37,095 bases of DNA, taken from positions 1 through 37,095 of IMG/VR virus record IMGVR_UViG_3300044626_000467. One strand, written 5' to 3'. Below are positions 18,209 through 26,760 of this stretch, piece by piece. Each line of letters opens with the position of its first letter. Positions within the stretch are counted from its first letter, which is position 1. The position numbers and the translations under genes were made by a program. A model generated the notes under the pieces. It saw nothing but the letters and a program-made list of their open reading frames with translations, was not told the DNA's origin and made no database searches. This stretch comes from a virus. Taxonomy: Duplodnaviria > Caudoviricetes.

Positions 18209-18260
18209 ACAACCGGGGGGTACCCGTTAGAGGTATCTATCCCCCTCATAATAAGTATGT

Positions 18261-18638
18261 CTACAGCGACCACGTTCGAACCCATTCCTCACCCCTCCAT
18301 TCTACGCTTGACCCCAAACGCACGAGGATCGCTTTAGACGCGAGTTTTTGCGTTAGCGACTCCGAAGCCAAGATTAAGTCTCCGGCGAAGCTACAGCCCG
18401 GCCTAAGGCCCAAGAACCAGCCTCTATCGTGCTCCGGAACCGGAAGCCAACAAGCTAGCCGTCGTTCAGCCTTTAAACTTGCTTCAAGCTGATCGATGAC
18501 TTTCGGCGCAGTAATACCGTTCAGCCGAACTTCCATCAAGTGAATCTCAATCTCGACCTGGCCCGCCAAGGCAACGGCGTAGTGCGTTGCGTCAATCACC
18601 TGGACCATGCGGCACGGCATCAAGAGTCCGTAGTTCAT
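18261..18638 (-). CDS. Hypothetical protein, possibly a degenerate SNase-like fold
   Basis: CRMVQVIDATH and VRLNGITAP resemble SNase RVIDGDT and RLxGIxAPE. Confidence 0.45.
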   Translation of the reverse strand: MNYGLLMPCRMVQVIDATHYAVALAGQVEIEIHLMEVRLNGITAPKVIDQLEASLKAERRLACWLPVPEHDRGWFLGLRPGCSFAGDLILASESLTQKLASKAILVRLGSSVEWRGEEWVRTWSL

Positions 18639-19030
18639 CGCTTTCCTTTTCGAGGCTTGGCCCAGTCTGGCATCTCAAAGATCCGAACATCGAGCCAGCC
18701 CGGAGAACAAACGCCACAGCGTTCCAAGACAAGCCGATCAATCTGGTTGTCGTCGCACCAGATGCCAACTTTGGTGAGCGAGTCCAAGGCACACTTCGCC
18801 ACGTTGTCGATGTCTCGCATTCGGCGATCCGGCATCCAGCAATAGACCTCCACGGCCAAGCGACAATCAAGCGGCTTTCCGATTTCGCCGAGCTGTTCCG
18901 CTACGTCGCGATGATATTTGCGGCCAACGGCGCCGATAATCGTGCGACCTCGGAAATGTTTCCAGTAGTGATTCACCGACGGCGGATAGGGAAGCATAAG
19001 TTCGCGAAGAAGTTTATTTGACTGCATCAT
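18635..19030 (-). CDS. rusA: RusA family Holliday junction resolvase
   Basis: LPYPPSVNHYW, PDRRMRDIDN..K..LDSL..GIW.DDNQI. Confidence 0.92.
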   Translation of the reverse strand: MMQSNKLLRELMLPYPPSVNHYWKHFRGRTIIGAVGRKYHRDVAEQLGEIGKPLDCRLAVEVYCWMPDRRMRDIDNVAKCALDSLTKVGIWCDDNQIDRLVLERCGVCSPGWLDVRIFEMPDWAKPRKGKR

Positions 19031-19238
19031 GATTATTCTCAGAATCCTCAAAATCCGTCGCACCGGAAAGCCATTGCCAGTTGTGCGCGATTAAAGCTGG
19101 GTCATCGATATGAAAGTCTCGGAATGTCCATGATTGATGATGCCTGATTCTCGCCAAGATATAGCCGAATATATCTGCATCACAAGCGGTCGGTTTTCTT
19201 TCTTGAGAGTTTACCCAATTGAGTTTATTTGCGCGCAT
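19014..19238 (-). CDS. Hypothetical protein
   Basis: ORF overlapping the rusA start; WVNSQERKPT pattern of small phage proteins. Confidence 0.55.
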   Translation of the reverse strand: MRANKLNWVNSQERKPTACDADIFGYILARIRHHQSWTFRDFHIDDPALIAHNWQWLSGATDFEDSENNHDAVK

Positions 19239-19267
19239 AAAAAAACCTCTGATTCTTACTTCAGAGG
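19239..19267 (-). terminator. Intrinsic terminator CCTCTGA-loop-TCAGAGG-T7
   Basis: Perfect 7-bp stem followed by a U-tract on the minus strand. Confidence 0.7.
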
Positions 19268-19503
19268 CGGCAAATGTTGACTCGGCCTGAGTGTTTAAGT
19301 TAGCGTCGAGCGTCTCTTACGCGACTAACGCTAACTTACACTCCTGCCTGTGTCAACAAATAAACGCCGACTGAAGACAAAAAAGAAGAAAAAAGACAAA
19401 AATTCCGACTCTTAATACTTAGTGCGCAACGGAATAACTAAATACGAATATCCCTAAGAATATGGGAAAAATGCAAAGAAAATTGCTAGAAGATAAGTTA
19501 AAC

Positions 19504-20568
19504 TTATCCAGCCCAGTCGGAACCGTTAGTGAATTCGGGTGGGTTGCTGTATTTAGCCCAGCCTGTTCCGCGCTGCGTTTGGCCTGTCTCGGTGATAATC
19601 GCACCGATGCGGAGAAGTGCCGCTTTAACCTTCGGCCTTGAGATGCCTGTTATTTCGCTGATTTGCTTCTCTGTAAGATCGCCGCTTGTCAGCGTGTCTT
19701 TCACCACTCGATCCGTTTCGCGCTCCTCTGCGGCCCGTTTTTCCGCTCCTGGTGACTTCGGTTGCTGCACAATCGGCTTCTCATCGGTCACGACTCGCCA
19801 GACTGGAAAGTTGAACTGAATGGTTCTCGGCTCCGGCTGCTTCCACGACCTGACCAAAGCTTCGCAAACGCAATAGCCCGGCGTTTCATGCGGACGGATG
19901 ACCATATGAGCATCGACGGATCGACTGATTGTTCCGGCCCCTGCTCCGACATCAGAGAGGCTTTTGTCACCCTGGAAGCCTTTTGAGGAATGATGAATTA
20001 CCACCACCGCGCAGTCCATTTCCGTTGCCAATCGTTCAAGTTGCGTGTAAATGCCACCCATCGCGGTATTATCATTTTCGGAGATGCCGGAGGGTATCAG
20101 CTTGTAAAAAGCATCGAGGATAATCGCGGAATAGTGACCTGGCCTCGTTCCACCGACGTGCTTCTGAAGCATCGGAATATCACACGCAATGCCTCGAAGA
20201 CTAAGCATGTCGATCATATGCCGCTGATCTTCTGGAACATTCATCGCTGTTCTAGTTGCGCGGTAGCGATAAGAAAGCGTCTCAAGGTGTAGTTCGTTAT
20301 CAACGACCAGCGTCTTTCCTTGCCGTGCGATCGGAAAGCCTAGGAAGTCGCTGCCGGTAATCAGGCACATTGCGAGATTCGACGCGATGAACGATTTGCC
20401 GACCTTCGGAGCAGCAATGATATTCATCACGCTGCCGGTTCGAATCAGACCATCGACGATCGATTGCCTTTCATGCGGGTAGTTCTTCTCGATGTACTCA
20501 AGGCTAACGATCTTGAGCATCTCGGATTTAGGCTCCAGCGGATTGTCATCCGTGACGTATTTAGGCAT
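19504..20568 (-). CDS. RepA-type AAA (SF4-like) replicative helicase
   Basis: Walker A AAPKVGKS, Walker B IILD, VIHHSSK; C-terminal HTH-like segment. Confidence 0.85.
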   Translation of the reverse strand: MPKYVTDDNPLEPKSEMLKIVSLEYIEKNYPHERQSIVDGLIRTGSVMNIIAAPKVGKSFIASNLAMCLITGSDFLGFPIARQGKTLVVDNELHLETLSYRYRATRTAMNVPEDQRHMIDMLSLRGIACDIPMLQKHVGGTRPGHYSAIILDAFYKLIPSGISENDNTAMGGIYTQLERLATEMDCAVVVIHHSSKGFQGDKSLSDVGAGAGTISRSVDAHMVIRPHETPGYCVCEALVRSWKQPEPRTIQFNFPVWRVVTDEKPIVQQPKSPGAEKRAAEERETDRVVKDTLTSGDLTEKQISEITGISRPKVKAALLRIGAIITETGQTQRGTGWAKYSNPPEFTNGSDWAG

Positions 20569-21487
20569 CTGGGAACTTCTCCTTGGCCGCCTGGAACGCA
20601 GCTCGGCCATCACCGTTATGAATCAGATTCTTGAACGCTTCGAACTTGTTGTAACAGTGATCGCTTTGAAGGCCGGTGGATGTCGTAAAGATGTATAGGA
20701 CTTCCGTTCCATCGGTCGCCGTGACCATCGAAGCGGAGATGCCAAAGTTCTTTCCCGGCCTTGTCCAGTGGATACCATCGTGACTCGTCCAGCCCGGCAA
20801 GACTTCCGGCCAAGTCATTTCCGCCTTAAACTTCTCGATCACCGGATGACCGTCGCCGTGCTCGCTTGGAGGCATTAGCGATCGCTTTGGCTTGTAAATG
20901 GGCGCGGATTGCGACTTGCGCAAATCAAATCTTGCACCTACTTGCCAGAGTCGCCTGCGCTCCTCGCCGGTAATCGTCGGAATCTCTGGAAGCGGATTGC
21001 CGAGGATCTGGACGTAGGTTCTCTCCTTGATCGGATGAACGCCAAGCGGTGAGCCTGCGCCAACGATGTAGCCGCCTTCTCCGCGCGTCTCAATCCTGAC
21101 CTTCTTGCCGTCGGCTTGCATCGCGATCTTCTGATTTCCACCGAGCACATCGCAGCGATATAGAACGTGATAGCCATCCTTTGGCGTCTCGACGACCGCA
21201 AGCTTGCAAGCGACATCTGGAATCGCATCAAACCAATCCCAGAAGATGGAGCCGTCGTCGAAGTCGAGCACTTCAAGACCACCGCTAACGGCTCCACAGA
21301 CAAATCCGATACCTGATTTGCGAGAGAACCATGATTGCAATTCTTCATCAGTTGCTAAACGATCTTGGTACTCCTTCCACGGCACCGCAGCCGCCTTGCT
21401 ACCATCGAGCCGAATCGGAACAACTGAGATTCCTGCCGCGATGTACTCTCTCGCAATATCAAGCTGATTCATTAGCGTGAACCTCAA
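20561..21487 (-). CDS. Bifunctional primase-polymerase (prim-pol) domain protein
   Basis: GISVVP, WKEYQ, LEVLDFD, ETPKDGYH, ETRGEGGYIV. Confidence 0.9.
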   Translation of the reverse strand: MRFTLMNQLDIAREYIAAGISVVPIRLDGSKAAAVPWKEYQDRLATDEELQSWFSRKSGIGFVCGAVSGGLEVLDFDDGSIFWDWFDAIPDVACKLAVVETPKDGYHVLYRCDVLGGNQKIAMQADGKKVRIETRGEGGYIVGAGSPLGVHPIKERTYVQILGNPLPEIPTITGEERRRLWQVGARFDLRKSQSAPIYKPKRSLMPPSEHGDGHPVIEKFKAEMTWPEVLPGWTSHDGIHWTRPGKNFGISASMVTATDGTEVLYIFTTSTGLQSDHCYNKFEAFKNLIHNGDGRAAFQAAKEKFPDA

Positions 21488-21495
21488 TTTCGGCC

Positions 21496-22110
21496 TTAAT
21501 ATGATTCAAACAACGGAAGATTTTTTCTTTTATGATGCACCCGAAAAAGATCTTCGATTGGCCGAAAACCGTTTGGGTCTATGTCAAATCTCAGCAGTTT
21601 TGTAAGTGTTTCTTGTTTTATGGGTTTTCCATTCCAAAGTATTTCTTCCGAGTCCGCAGGGCCAAGATTAGAAAATTGCAGCTTGTACAAGCCAAAAGAT
21701 TTCACTGAAACCATTTTTTGCTGCATCGGAGACCACACCGAAGTGACGCTAGTAGATAACTTATGAAACTCGTTTGAGTTCCATTTGTTACTTGAACCTA
21801 AAGTAGCATTGTTTTCGCGTCTGTTTTGCGTCAACTGCGAAAGGATGTACAGCGTATCTCGTTGCGCATCTGTCATATCACTATTGCGAGTCTTCACCTC
21901 TATTATCATCAGAAGTTGAAATGACCTTCCATGATGTGTCTTGTATTTATGAACGATGTAGTCCATGTCATAAATGACGATATGCTGCTTCTGGCTGTCG
22001 AGTTCTTCATTCTCACGAATCCATCGACCAAAGGAGGATTCCGTTGTCGATGTACATCCACAATTGACGCAAGTAAAAACCTGATTGAATTGCCTTGTCA
22101 TTGACCGCAC
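21496..22110 (-). CDS. Putative PD-(D/E)xK-type nuclease
   Basis: YDMDY...IIEVKT motif; N-terminal CxxC; low GC; overlaps the MTase stop. Confidence 0.5.
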   Translation of the reverse strand: MRSMTRQFNQVFTCVNCGCTSTTESSFGRWIRENEELDSQKQHIVIYDMDYIVHKYKTHHGRSFQLLMIIEVKTRNSDMTDAQRDTLYILSQLTQNRRENNATLGSSNKWNSNEFHKLSTSVTSVWSPMQQKMVSVKSFGLYKLQFSNLGPADSEEILWNGKPIKQETLTKLLRFDIDPNGFRPIEDLFRVHHKRKNLPLFESY

Positions 22111-23318
22111 CTCGCCATAGCAAGTACTGCTTGGTCGTGATCTTGCTCAAATCCTATCCATTTGCGATTTAGCTTGATTGCTGCGGCAGCGGTTGTGCCA
22201 CCACCTAAGAATGGGTCGCAAACGATACCGTCACTTGGGCAAAGATTCTGTATCCAGTATTCGGCCTCTGATTGCGATTGCTGCCAATCATGGTGTGACT
22301 TTTCTCGTCCTCCTGAAACAACGTCATGTACAATCGTCTGTTTATCGTCGCGAGTTCCTTTAACAAACCATAGCATTGCTTTCCATCCAACACGAATCCC
22401 ATACTCCTTCATGAGCGATTCACCTCCAGAATGAAGACAGCAACAGACCCACCAATAACGTAAATGCTTCGATAATATTTGCAGTGCGTCAGGTATTTGG
22501 ATGTGGCCGACGTAGGCCATTAAAGATCCGCCATCCGCTAGCTTATCCGCTGCGAACTCTCCGAGGCCATCAAACAATTCAATTGCTTTTCGGTCATATG
22601 GTGGATCTGTAAAGATTAGAGATAGCGATCCATCTGCTACCTTGTCGGTGAGCTTGCGAAAATCTCCGATATGCACGTTGTCAAAAAATTGCGGTTCGAC
22701 TTTTGACGCTGCTTCTTTTCGCTTATCTTGCCGATTCTTAGACTGCCGTTTTTCTTTGATGTCCTTCGCAACACGATGAATCGATGTCTCTTTGCGACGA
22801 ACCTTTTCGACAACCTCAGGTTCAATTTCTCCTTTCTCCGCTGCGTCCAGAATTAGCTTGCCAGCATCGTAGGTACGTTCACCAACGCCAGCGGTCTTGG
22901 CTGACTCCTTGCGGGATGGGTGATCTGTGTTTTGTGACAATGAACCTGCGGGCAATTTTGCCCGTAGGTCTGTTCGCGTTCCTTTGTTAGCCTTCGCCAG
23001 CGGCTTCAATACGTCTTCCCGCTTGCGTGCTAGTGCTATGCGATCAATATCGGCAAGGTTGCGACGACCGAACTGGTTGTCAATCATCCACAAAATAACT
23101 TGCGTCCGATTTTCAAAGCTTTTTTCAATTGCGTCGTAACCTAGATCGTGACGAGTGCAAATCTCATAACGATTGTGACCATCAACTAGTATTCCTTTCC
23201 ATACAACCAATGGATCGCGACAACCTTCCGCAATTATATTTTCTTCAAGCTGCTTGAACTCCTCCGGTGATAGCGGTGGAATTAACGATTTAAGCTCCTT
23301 GTCGATTTGTATTTCCAC
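22098..23318 (-). CDS. ParB-like domain + adenine-type DNA methyltransferase
   Basis: LVDGHNRYEIC, NQFGRRNL; TDPPY and DPFLGGGTT. Confidence 0.88.
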   Translation of the reverse strand: MEIQIDKELKSLIPPLSPEEFKQLEENIIAEGCRDPLVVWKGILVDGHNRYEICTRHDLGYDAIEKSFENRTQVILWMIDNQFGRRNLADIDRIALARKREDVLKPLAKANKGTRTDLRAKLPAGSLSQNTDHPSRKESAKTAGVGERTYDAGKLILDAAEKGEIEPEVVEKVRRKETSIHRVAKDIKEKRQSKNRQDKRKEAASKVEPQFFDNVHIGDFRKLTDKVADGSLSLIFTDPPYDRKAIELFDGLGEFAADKLADGGSLMAYVGHIQIPDALQILSKHLRYWWVCCCLHSGGESLMKEYGIRVGWKAMLWFVKGTRDDKQTIVHDVVSGGREKSHHDWQQSQSEAEYWIQNLCPSDGIVCDPFLGGGTTAAAAIKLNRKWIGFEQDHDQAVLAMARCGQ

Positions 23319-23336
23319 AATCGACTCCTTTCAGAC

Positions 23337-23431
23337 AAAAAAGCCCACCCCATTTGTCTTGACCGCCAACTGTGCGAAAAGCACGAAGACACAAACGGGA
23401 TGGGCTAATGTTCGGTAATGTTGGCGGTCAA
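23337..23431 (-). promoter_or_regulatory. Structured leader RNA with a terminator hairpin and competing 12-bp helix
   Basis: TTGACCGCCAAC/GTTGGCGGTCAA perfect pair; AGCCCATCCCGTTTGT/ACAAATGGGGTGGGCT stem followed by a T-run. Confidence 0.7.
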
Positions 23432-23443
23432 CCAACTTTCAAA

Positions 23444-23472
23444 ACTATATCAAACAGACGCAAGCAAATCAA
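23444..23472 (-). promoter_or_regulatory. Sigma70-type promoter TTGATT-17-TATAGT with extended -10
   Basis: Read directly; points into the leader and ParB-MTase. Confidence 0.6.
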
Positions 23473-23482
23473 GATAATTGCG

Positions 23483-23821
23483 TCACATCTTCACCGCCAT
23501 TCCTTCTACAACCATGACGCTATTCACACACAACCATTGGTCGTCGTACTTCTCGTCGTGATACTCAACGAGAGCCAAATATCTTCCGTACTTCTCTTTC
23601 TTATCCTTGAACGTCTGAACCGCGACACTCTTGCCTTCAATACGCTGAGCCAGCCACGCTTTCGCTGCTACGCCTTCCGGCGTTCGCAGCTCCGGTGCGT
23701 TGATTCCGCTAAGACGCAAAATTGTCGTATGCTTGATTTTAAAACCAAGATCAATTTCAACTTCGATCGTATCGCCGTCGATGACGCGCGTAACTTTTGC
23801 TATGTATTCGTACATAATCAC
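23483..23821 (-). CDS. Thermonuclease (SNase) family protein
   Basis: RVIDGDT, LRLSGINAPE, EKYGRYLA. Confidence 0.92.
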   Translation of the reverse strand: MIMYEYIAKVTRVIDGDTIEVEIDLGFKIKHTTILRLSGINAPELRTPEGVAAKAWLAQRIEGKSVAVQTFKDKKEKYGRYLALVEYHDEKYDDQWLCVNSVMVVEGMAVKM

Positions 23822-24054
23822 ACAACCTCATCTTTCTTTTGTTGCCGTACTTGAATCATTGCGTCAGCAACATCATAAGCCAGCTTAGCAAGAGTCGTTT
23901 CGATCTCTCGGCCATGCTTCCACTCAACACTAGGATCGGCGCAAAATCCCGCCATCGCTTTCGCTGCAAAGTAATCGCGGAGAGTCATGCCATCCGCATC
24001 ACTACCGAGCCTACTATGAGGAAACGCTGGTTCGTTGTTGTTGTCACTCATCAC
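23818..24054 (-). CDS. Conserved phage hypothetical protein
   Basis: PAFP...GMTLRDYFAAKAM...AYDVADAMI, a widespread phage family. Confidence 0.8.
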   Translation of the reverse strand: MMSDNNNEPAFPHSRLGSDADGMTLRDYFAAKAMAGFCADPSVEWKHGREIETTLAKLAYDVADAMIQVRQQKKDEVV

Positions 24055-24266
24055 ACCACCTTCCTTCTTATTTCATCTTTTGCATTTAAGATAGCATCCT
24101 TAAGTTCGTATTGAGCATCAACAGCCTTCGATGTCTGGTCAACAAACGAGCTATCTGTAAATGGCTGTGACGCTGCAATAAGTCTTCGTATTGTGTTTTC
24201 AAGTTCTTCAATGCGAGCGTTTAATAAAAGCATCTCAAACTTTGCTGGTACTTTTCTAAACATCAC
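24051..24266 (-). CDS. Hypothetical coiled-coil protein
   Basis: Coupled ORF with GAGG SD. Confidence 0.65.
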   Translation of the reverse strand: MMFRKVPAKFEMLLLNARIEELENTIRRLIAASQPFTDSSFVDQTSKAVDAQYELKDAILNAKDEIRRKVV

Positions 24267-24280
24267 ACAACCTCATCCTT

Positions 24281-24628
24281 CTAAATGTGTTTACCGTGTT
24301 TCTCATGTTCGCCACGCTGACCGAATGCGAGAGGATGATAGTTAAAGCTACCGTCACCATCGCCTTCGATTGTACCCATGACACTATCGTTCCAATAAAC
24401 CTCTAGCTTTCCATCGAGCACCAGATCGCGACAGCCTGTTGATCCTGACCAAGCTTCGAGATAACTGACAAGCTCACCGATGACCTTACATTCCTCGCCG
24501 GTATGCTGTAATCGGCAAGAGGTTGCCAGATTGACTTTTTCTTCCCACTGATCTTGCAATTTCTTTACACAATCCAAACACCATCCCGAATCAGAATGGT
24601 CGCAGTTCTGTAAATGAGGCATCGTCAT
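24281..24628 (-). CDS. Hypothetical protein with CxH...CxxC
   Basis: SD GAGGGTGG; ORF fills the gap. Confidence 0.6.
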   Translation of the reverse strand: MTMPHLQNCDHSDSGWCLDCVKKLQDQWEEKVNLATSCRLQHTGEECKVIGELVSYLEAWSGSTGCRDLVLDGKLEVYWNDSVMGTIEGDGDGSFNYHPLAFGQRGEHEKHGKHI

Positions 24629-24630
24629 AA

Positions 24631-25158
24631 CTACACCACCCTCTTTCCGCATGGACTACCATCGAGCCATTCGTAATCTTTCAAAAAACGCTCTGCCATC
24701 CATCCGTTAATTGAAAAATTGTATTCATATTTAAATGTAGTAACTTGACGCTCATGTTGCTTCTCGTACTTCGGTCGATACCACCGTCCCCTCAGCTCAT
24801 TTCTATCCTCCCACGCATACGGCACATACTGCGGAGTTGTGCGACGACGATAGACTACACTAGGAATTTGTTTTTTACTCTTCCTCGCATCAATATCTAC
24901 TTTGATCCAATTGGAATCTGGGCTTGCCATTCCCTTGCGGTATTCATCGCCTTCCTCGACATCTTCATCAGGATGCAGCAACCTCCAACCTTCGCCTGGG
25001 TCGGGTTTGTCGTGCCATTCGGAGATAACATTAACAAACAAATGACGCATCACGCCATCGACCAATCCCCAAGCAACACCACAACCATCGATGGCAACAA
25101 CTTCCCAAGGCTTGTCGCTTTCTGAAATGCGATACTTCTTGCCAACTTCAAGCTTCAC
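24631..25158 (-). CDS. Hypothetical protein
   Basis: MKLEVGKKY, PGEGWRLL and DGSPCG patterns typical of phage accessory proteins. Confidence 0.7.
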   Translation of the reverse strand: MKLEVGKKYRISESDKPWEVVAIDGCGVAWGLVDGVMRHLFVNVISEWHDKPDPGEGWRLLHPDEDVEEGDEYRKGMASPDSNWIKVDIDARKSKKQIPSVVYRRRTTPQYVPYAWEDRNELRGRWYRPKYEKQHERQVTTFKYEYNFSINGWMAERFLKDYEWLDGSPCGKRVV

Positions 25159-25361
25159 TTTGCTTGCTCCTTATCTAATCGTTCCAATTCCGACTCTAAC
25201 CTCTGAACCTCCAGCAAAGCAAGATACACCTGCTCTTGCTCCATCTTTGCAGCCATCACCGGCCTTTGACCAAAGCGAAAGTCGGCAGCAGTCGATAGGT
25301 TGCGGTACTTGAACAGTGCGGAGCGAAGTTCGGATTCAAGTTGTTGTTGTTTGCTAATCAT
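25155..25361 (-). CDS. Hypothetical coiled-coil protein
   Basis: Coupled ORF. Confidence 0.6.
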   Translation of the reverse strand: MISKQQQLESELRSALFKYRNLSTAADFRFGQRPVMAAKMEQEQVYLALLEVQRLESELERLDKEQAK

Positions 25362-25662
25362 CGTCCCTCACTCCATCAAACGGAAACAGATCATCTTCAA
25401 CGAATACAAATTCAAGTTCATCTTCCGGCGTGTTGTCCCAGTACGGATCAACTCGGTACTCGACATCGATTTCATGACCGCCTGTTATCTCGATCGACGT
25501 TGCGATCTCTTTGAGTTCTTCCGTGCTGGATTGACTCAATAAAGCATCGACGACTTCGGCAAGCTGGTCTCGAAACATCCAATTCGCGTCCGAACGATCA
25601 ATCAAGATCGTCAGCAGCATCGGAACTTTTAATTGCACTTCCACTTTCGACATAGCTATCAC
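25354..25662 (-). CDS. Acidic hypothetical protein
   Basis: Asp/Glu-rich C-terminus; coupled ORF. Confidence 0.6.
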   Translation of the reverse strand: MIAMSKVEVQLKVPMLLTILIDRSDANWMFRDQLAEVVDALLSQSSTEELKEIATSIEITGGHEIDVEYRVDPYWDNTPEDELEFVFVEDDLFPFDGVRDDD

Positions 25663-26123
25663 CTAAAATCCTCTGGTTCATAACTTAGTTCAAACATGTA
25701 CGCCGCTTCGCCGTCCGCAAAATAGTCTTCTCGTATCTCTCGGCACTCAACAAGCTGCGTCTTGAGAAACAGTTGAGCATCGAGATTGCTTTCTCTAACC
25801 GGCAGCACTAATCGCCTACGCACAATCGTCAATCGATCTTCGATCGCATCCAAGAGCATCTCACCGATGCCGCATCTCCGCATCCGAGGATGCACTGCTA
25901 TACGCTGTAGCCAGATATGCGCGTCGCCTTGTCCGCCGTCGAGTTTGTAGATCGCGTAACCAACAACAATGTTTTCAATCGTCGCCACGAGTCCGCTTGC
26001 TTCTTGTCGTGCAATCGACCAAGCGATGACTTCGGGTAGCCACGGATCGGCAAAGCAAAGTTCCTCGATTTGTCCAACCGTCGCCAAGTCCATCCTGTGC
26101 ATGAAGCGTATCTCGATCGGCAC
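25659..26123 (-). CDS. RimI-like GNAT N-acetyltransferase
   Basis: IEELCFADPW, IAVHPRMRRCGIG (acetyl-CoA motif A), VRESN..AQLF, YFADGEAAY. Confidence 0.88.
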   Translation of the reverse strand: MPIEIRFMHRMDLATVGQIEELCFADPWLPEVIAWSIARQEASGLVATIENIVVGYAIYKLDGGQGDAHIWLQRIAVHPRMRRCGIGEMLLDAIEDRLTIVRRRLVLPVRESNLDAQLFLKTQLVECREIREDYFADGEAAYMFELSYEPEDFR

Positions 26124-26130
26124 TTCAATC

Positions 26131-26736
26131 TCACTTGTTTCCGAGGTCGATCGGGTCATTGCCTTTGTTTTCCTGCACCCACTGCAAAATCGATTTTCTT
26201 CCATGTCCATAAAGTTCTCCATCTGAAGCATAACCTTGAACAATCCCCACAATCTCACCCTTTGAATCCGCAATCAATCCGCCGGAGTCACCCGGTACGC
26301 TTCGGCCTCGTAGCTTGCCGCTGACGTGCTTGCCCGGCGTGTAGCCAAATCCTCGACCGTAGCCTATAGCAAAGATCGATTCACCTTCACCTAAATCAGT
26401 TGACCGAAACTTTCGCGGTACAATGTCGAGTTCCTTTTCCAATCGTACCAGCGAACGGTCATGGAACAGGTCGAGAGCGATGACTTTGCCGCGAACGACT
26501 TCCGCTCTGAACTTAATTTCCGCTAGCGAACCTCCAACAACGTGCGCCGCCGTTAGCACAAGCGAACGCTCAATCACCGTACAGCTACCTTGCGACTCCA
26601 CACCTTCGCAGCCTTTGAAGGTTATCGGCAGAACCGTATCCGATTTGTAACTTACTTTTATCTTTTCTTGTGCAAGTGCTGCTTGTGCGATGCAACCGAC
26701 GATGAAACTTGCTGCGATGGGAATCCATGCTTTCAC
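26131..26736 (-). CDS. Secreted trypsin-like serine protease
   Basis: Signal peptide (ALA-Q), LTAAHV, HDRSL, GDSGG. Confidence 0.9.
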   Translation of the reverse strand: MKAWIPIAASFIVGCIAQAALAQEKIKVSYKSDTVLPITFKGCEGVESQGSCTVIERSLVLTAAHVVGGSLAEIKFRAEVVRGKVIALDLFHDRSLVRLEKELDIVPRKFRSTDLGEGESIFAIGYGRGFGYTPGKHVSGKLRGRSVPGDSGGLIADSKGEIVGIVQGYASDGELYGHGRKSILQWVQENKGNDPIDLGNK

Positions 26737-26760
26737 GTTTGTATCCTTTCGTAAAGAAGT

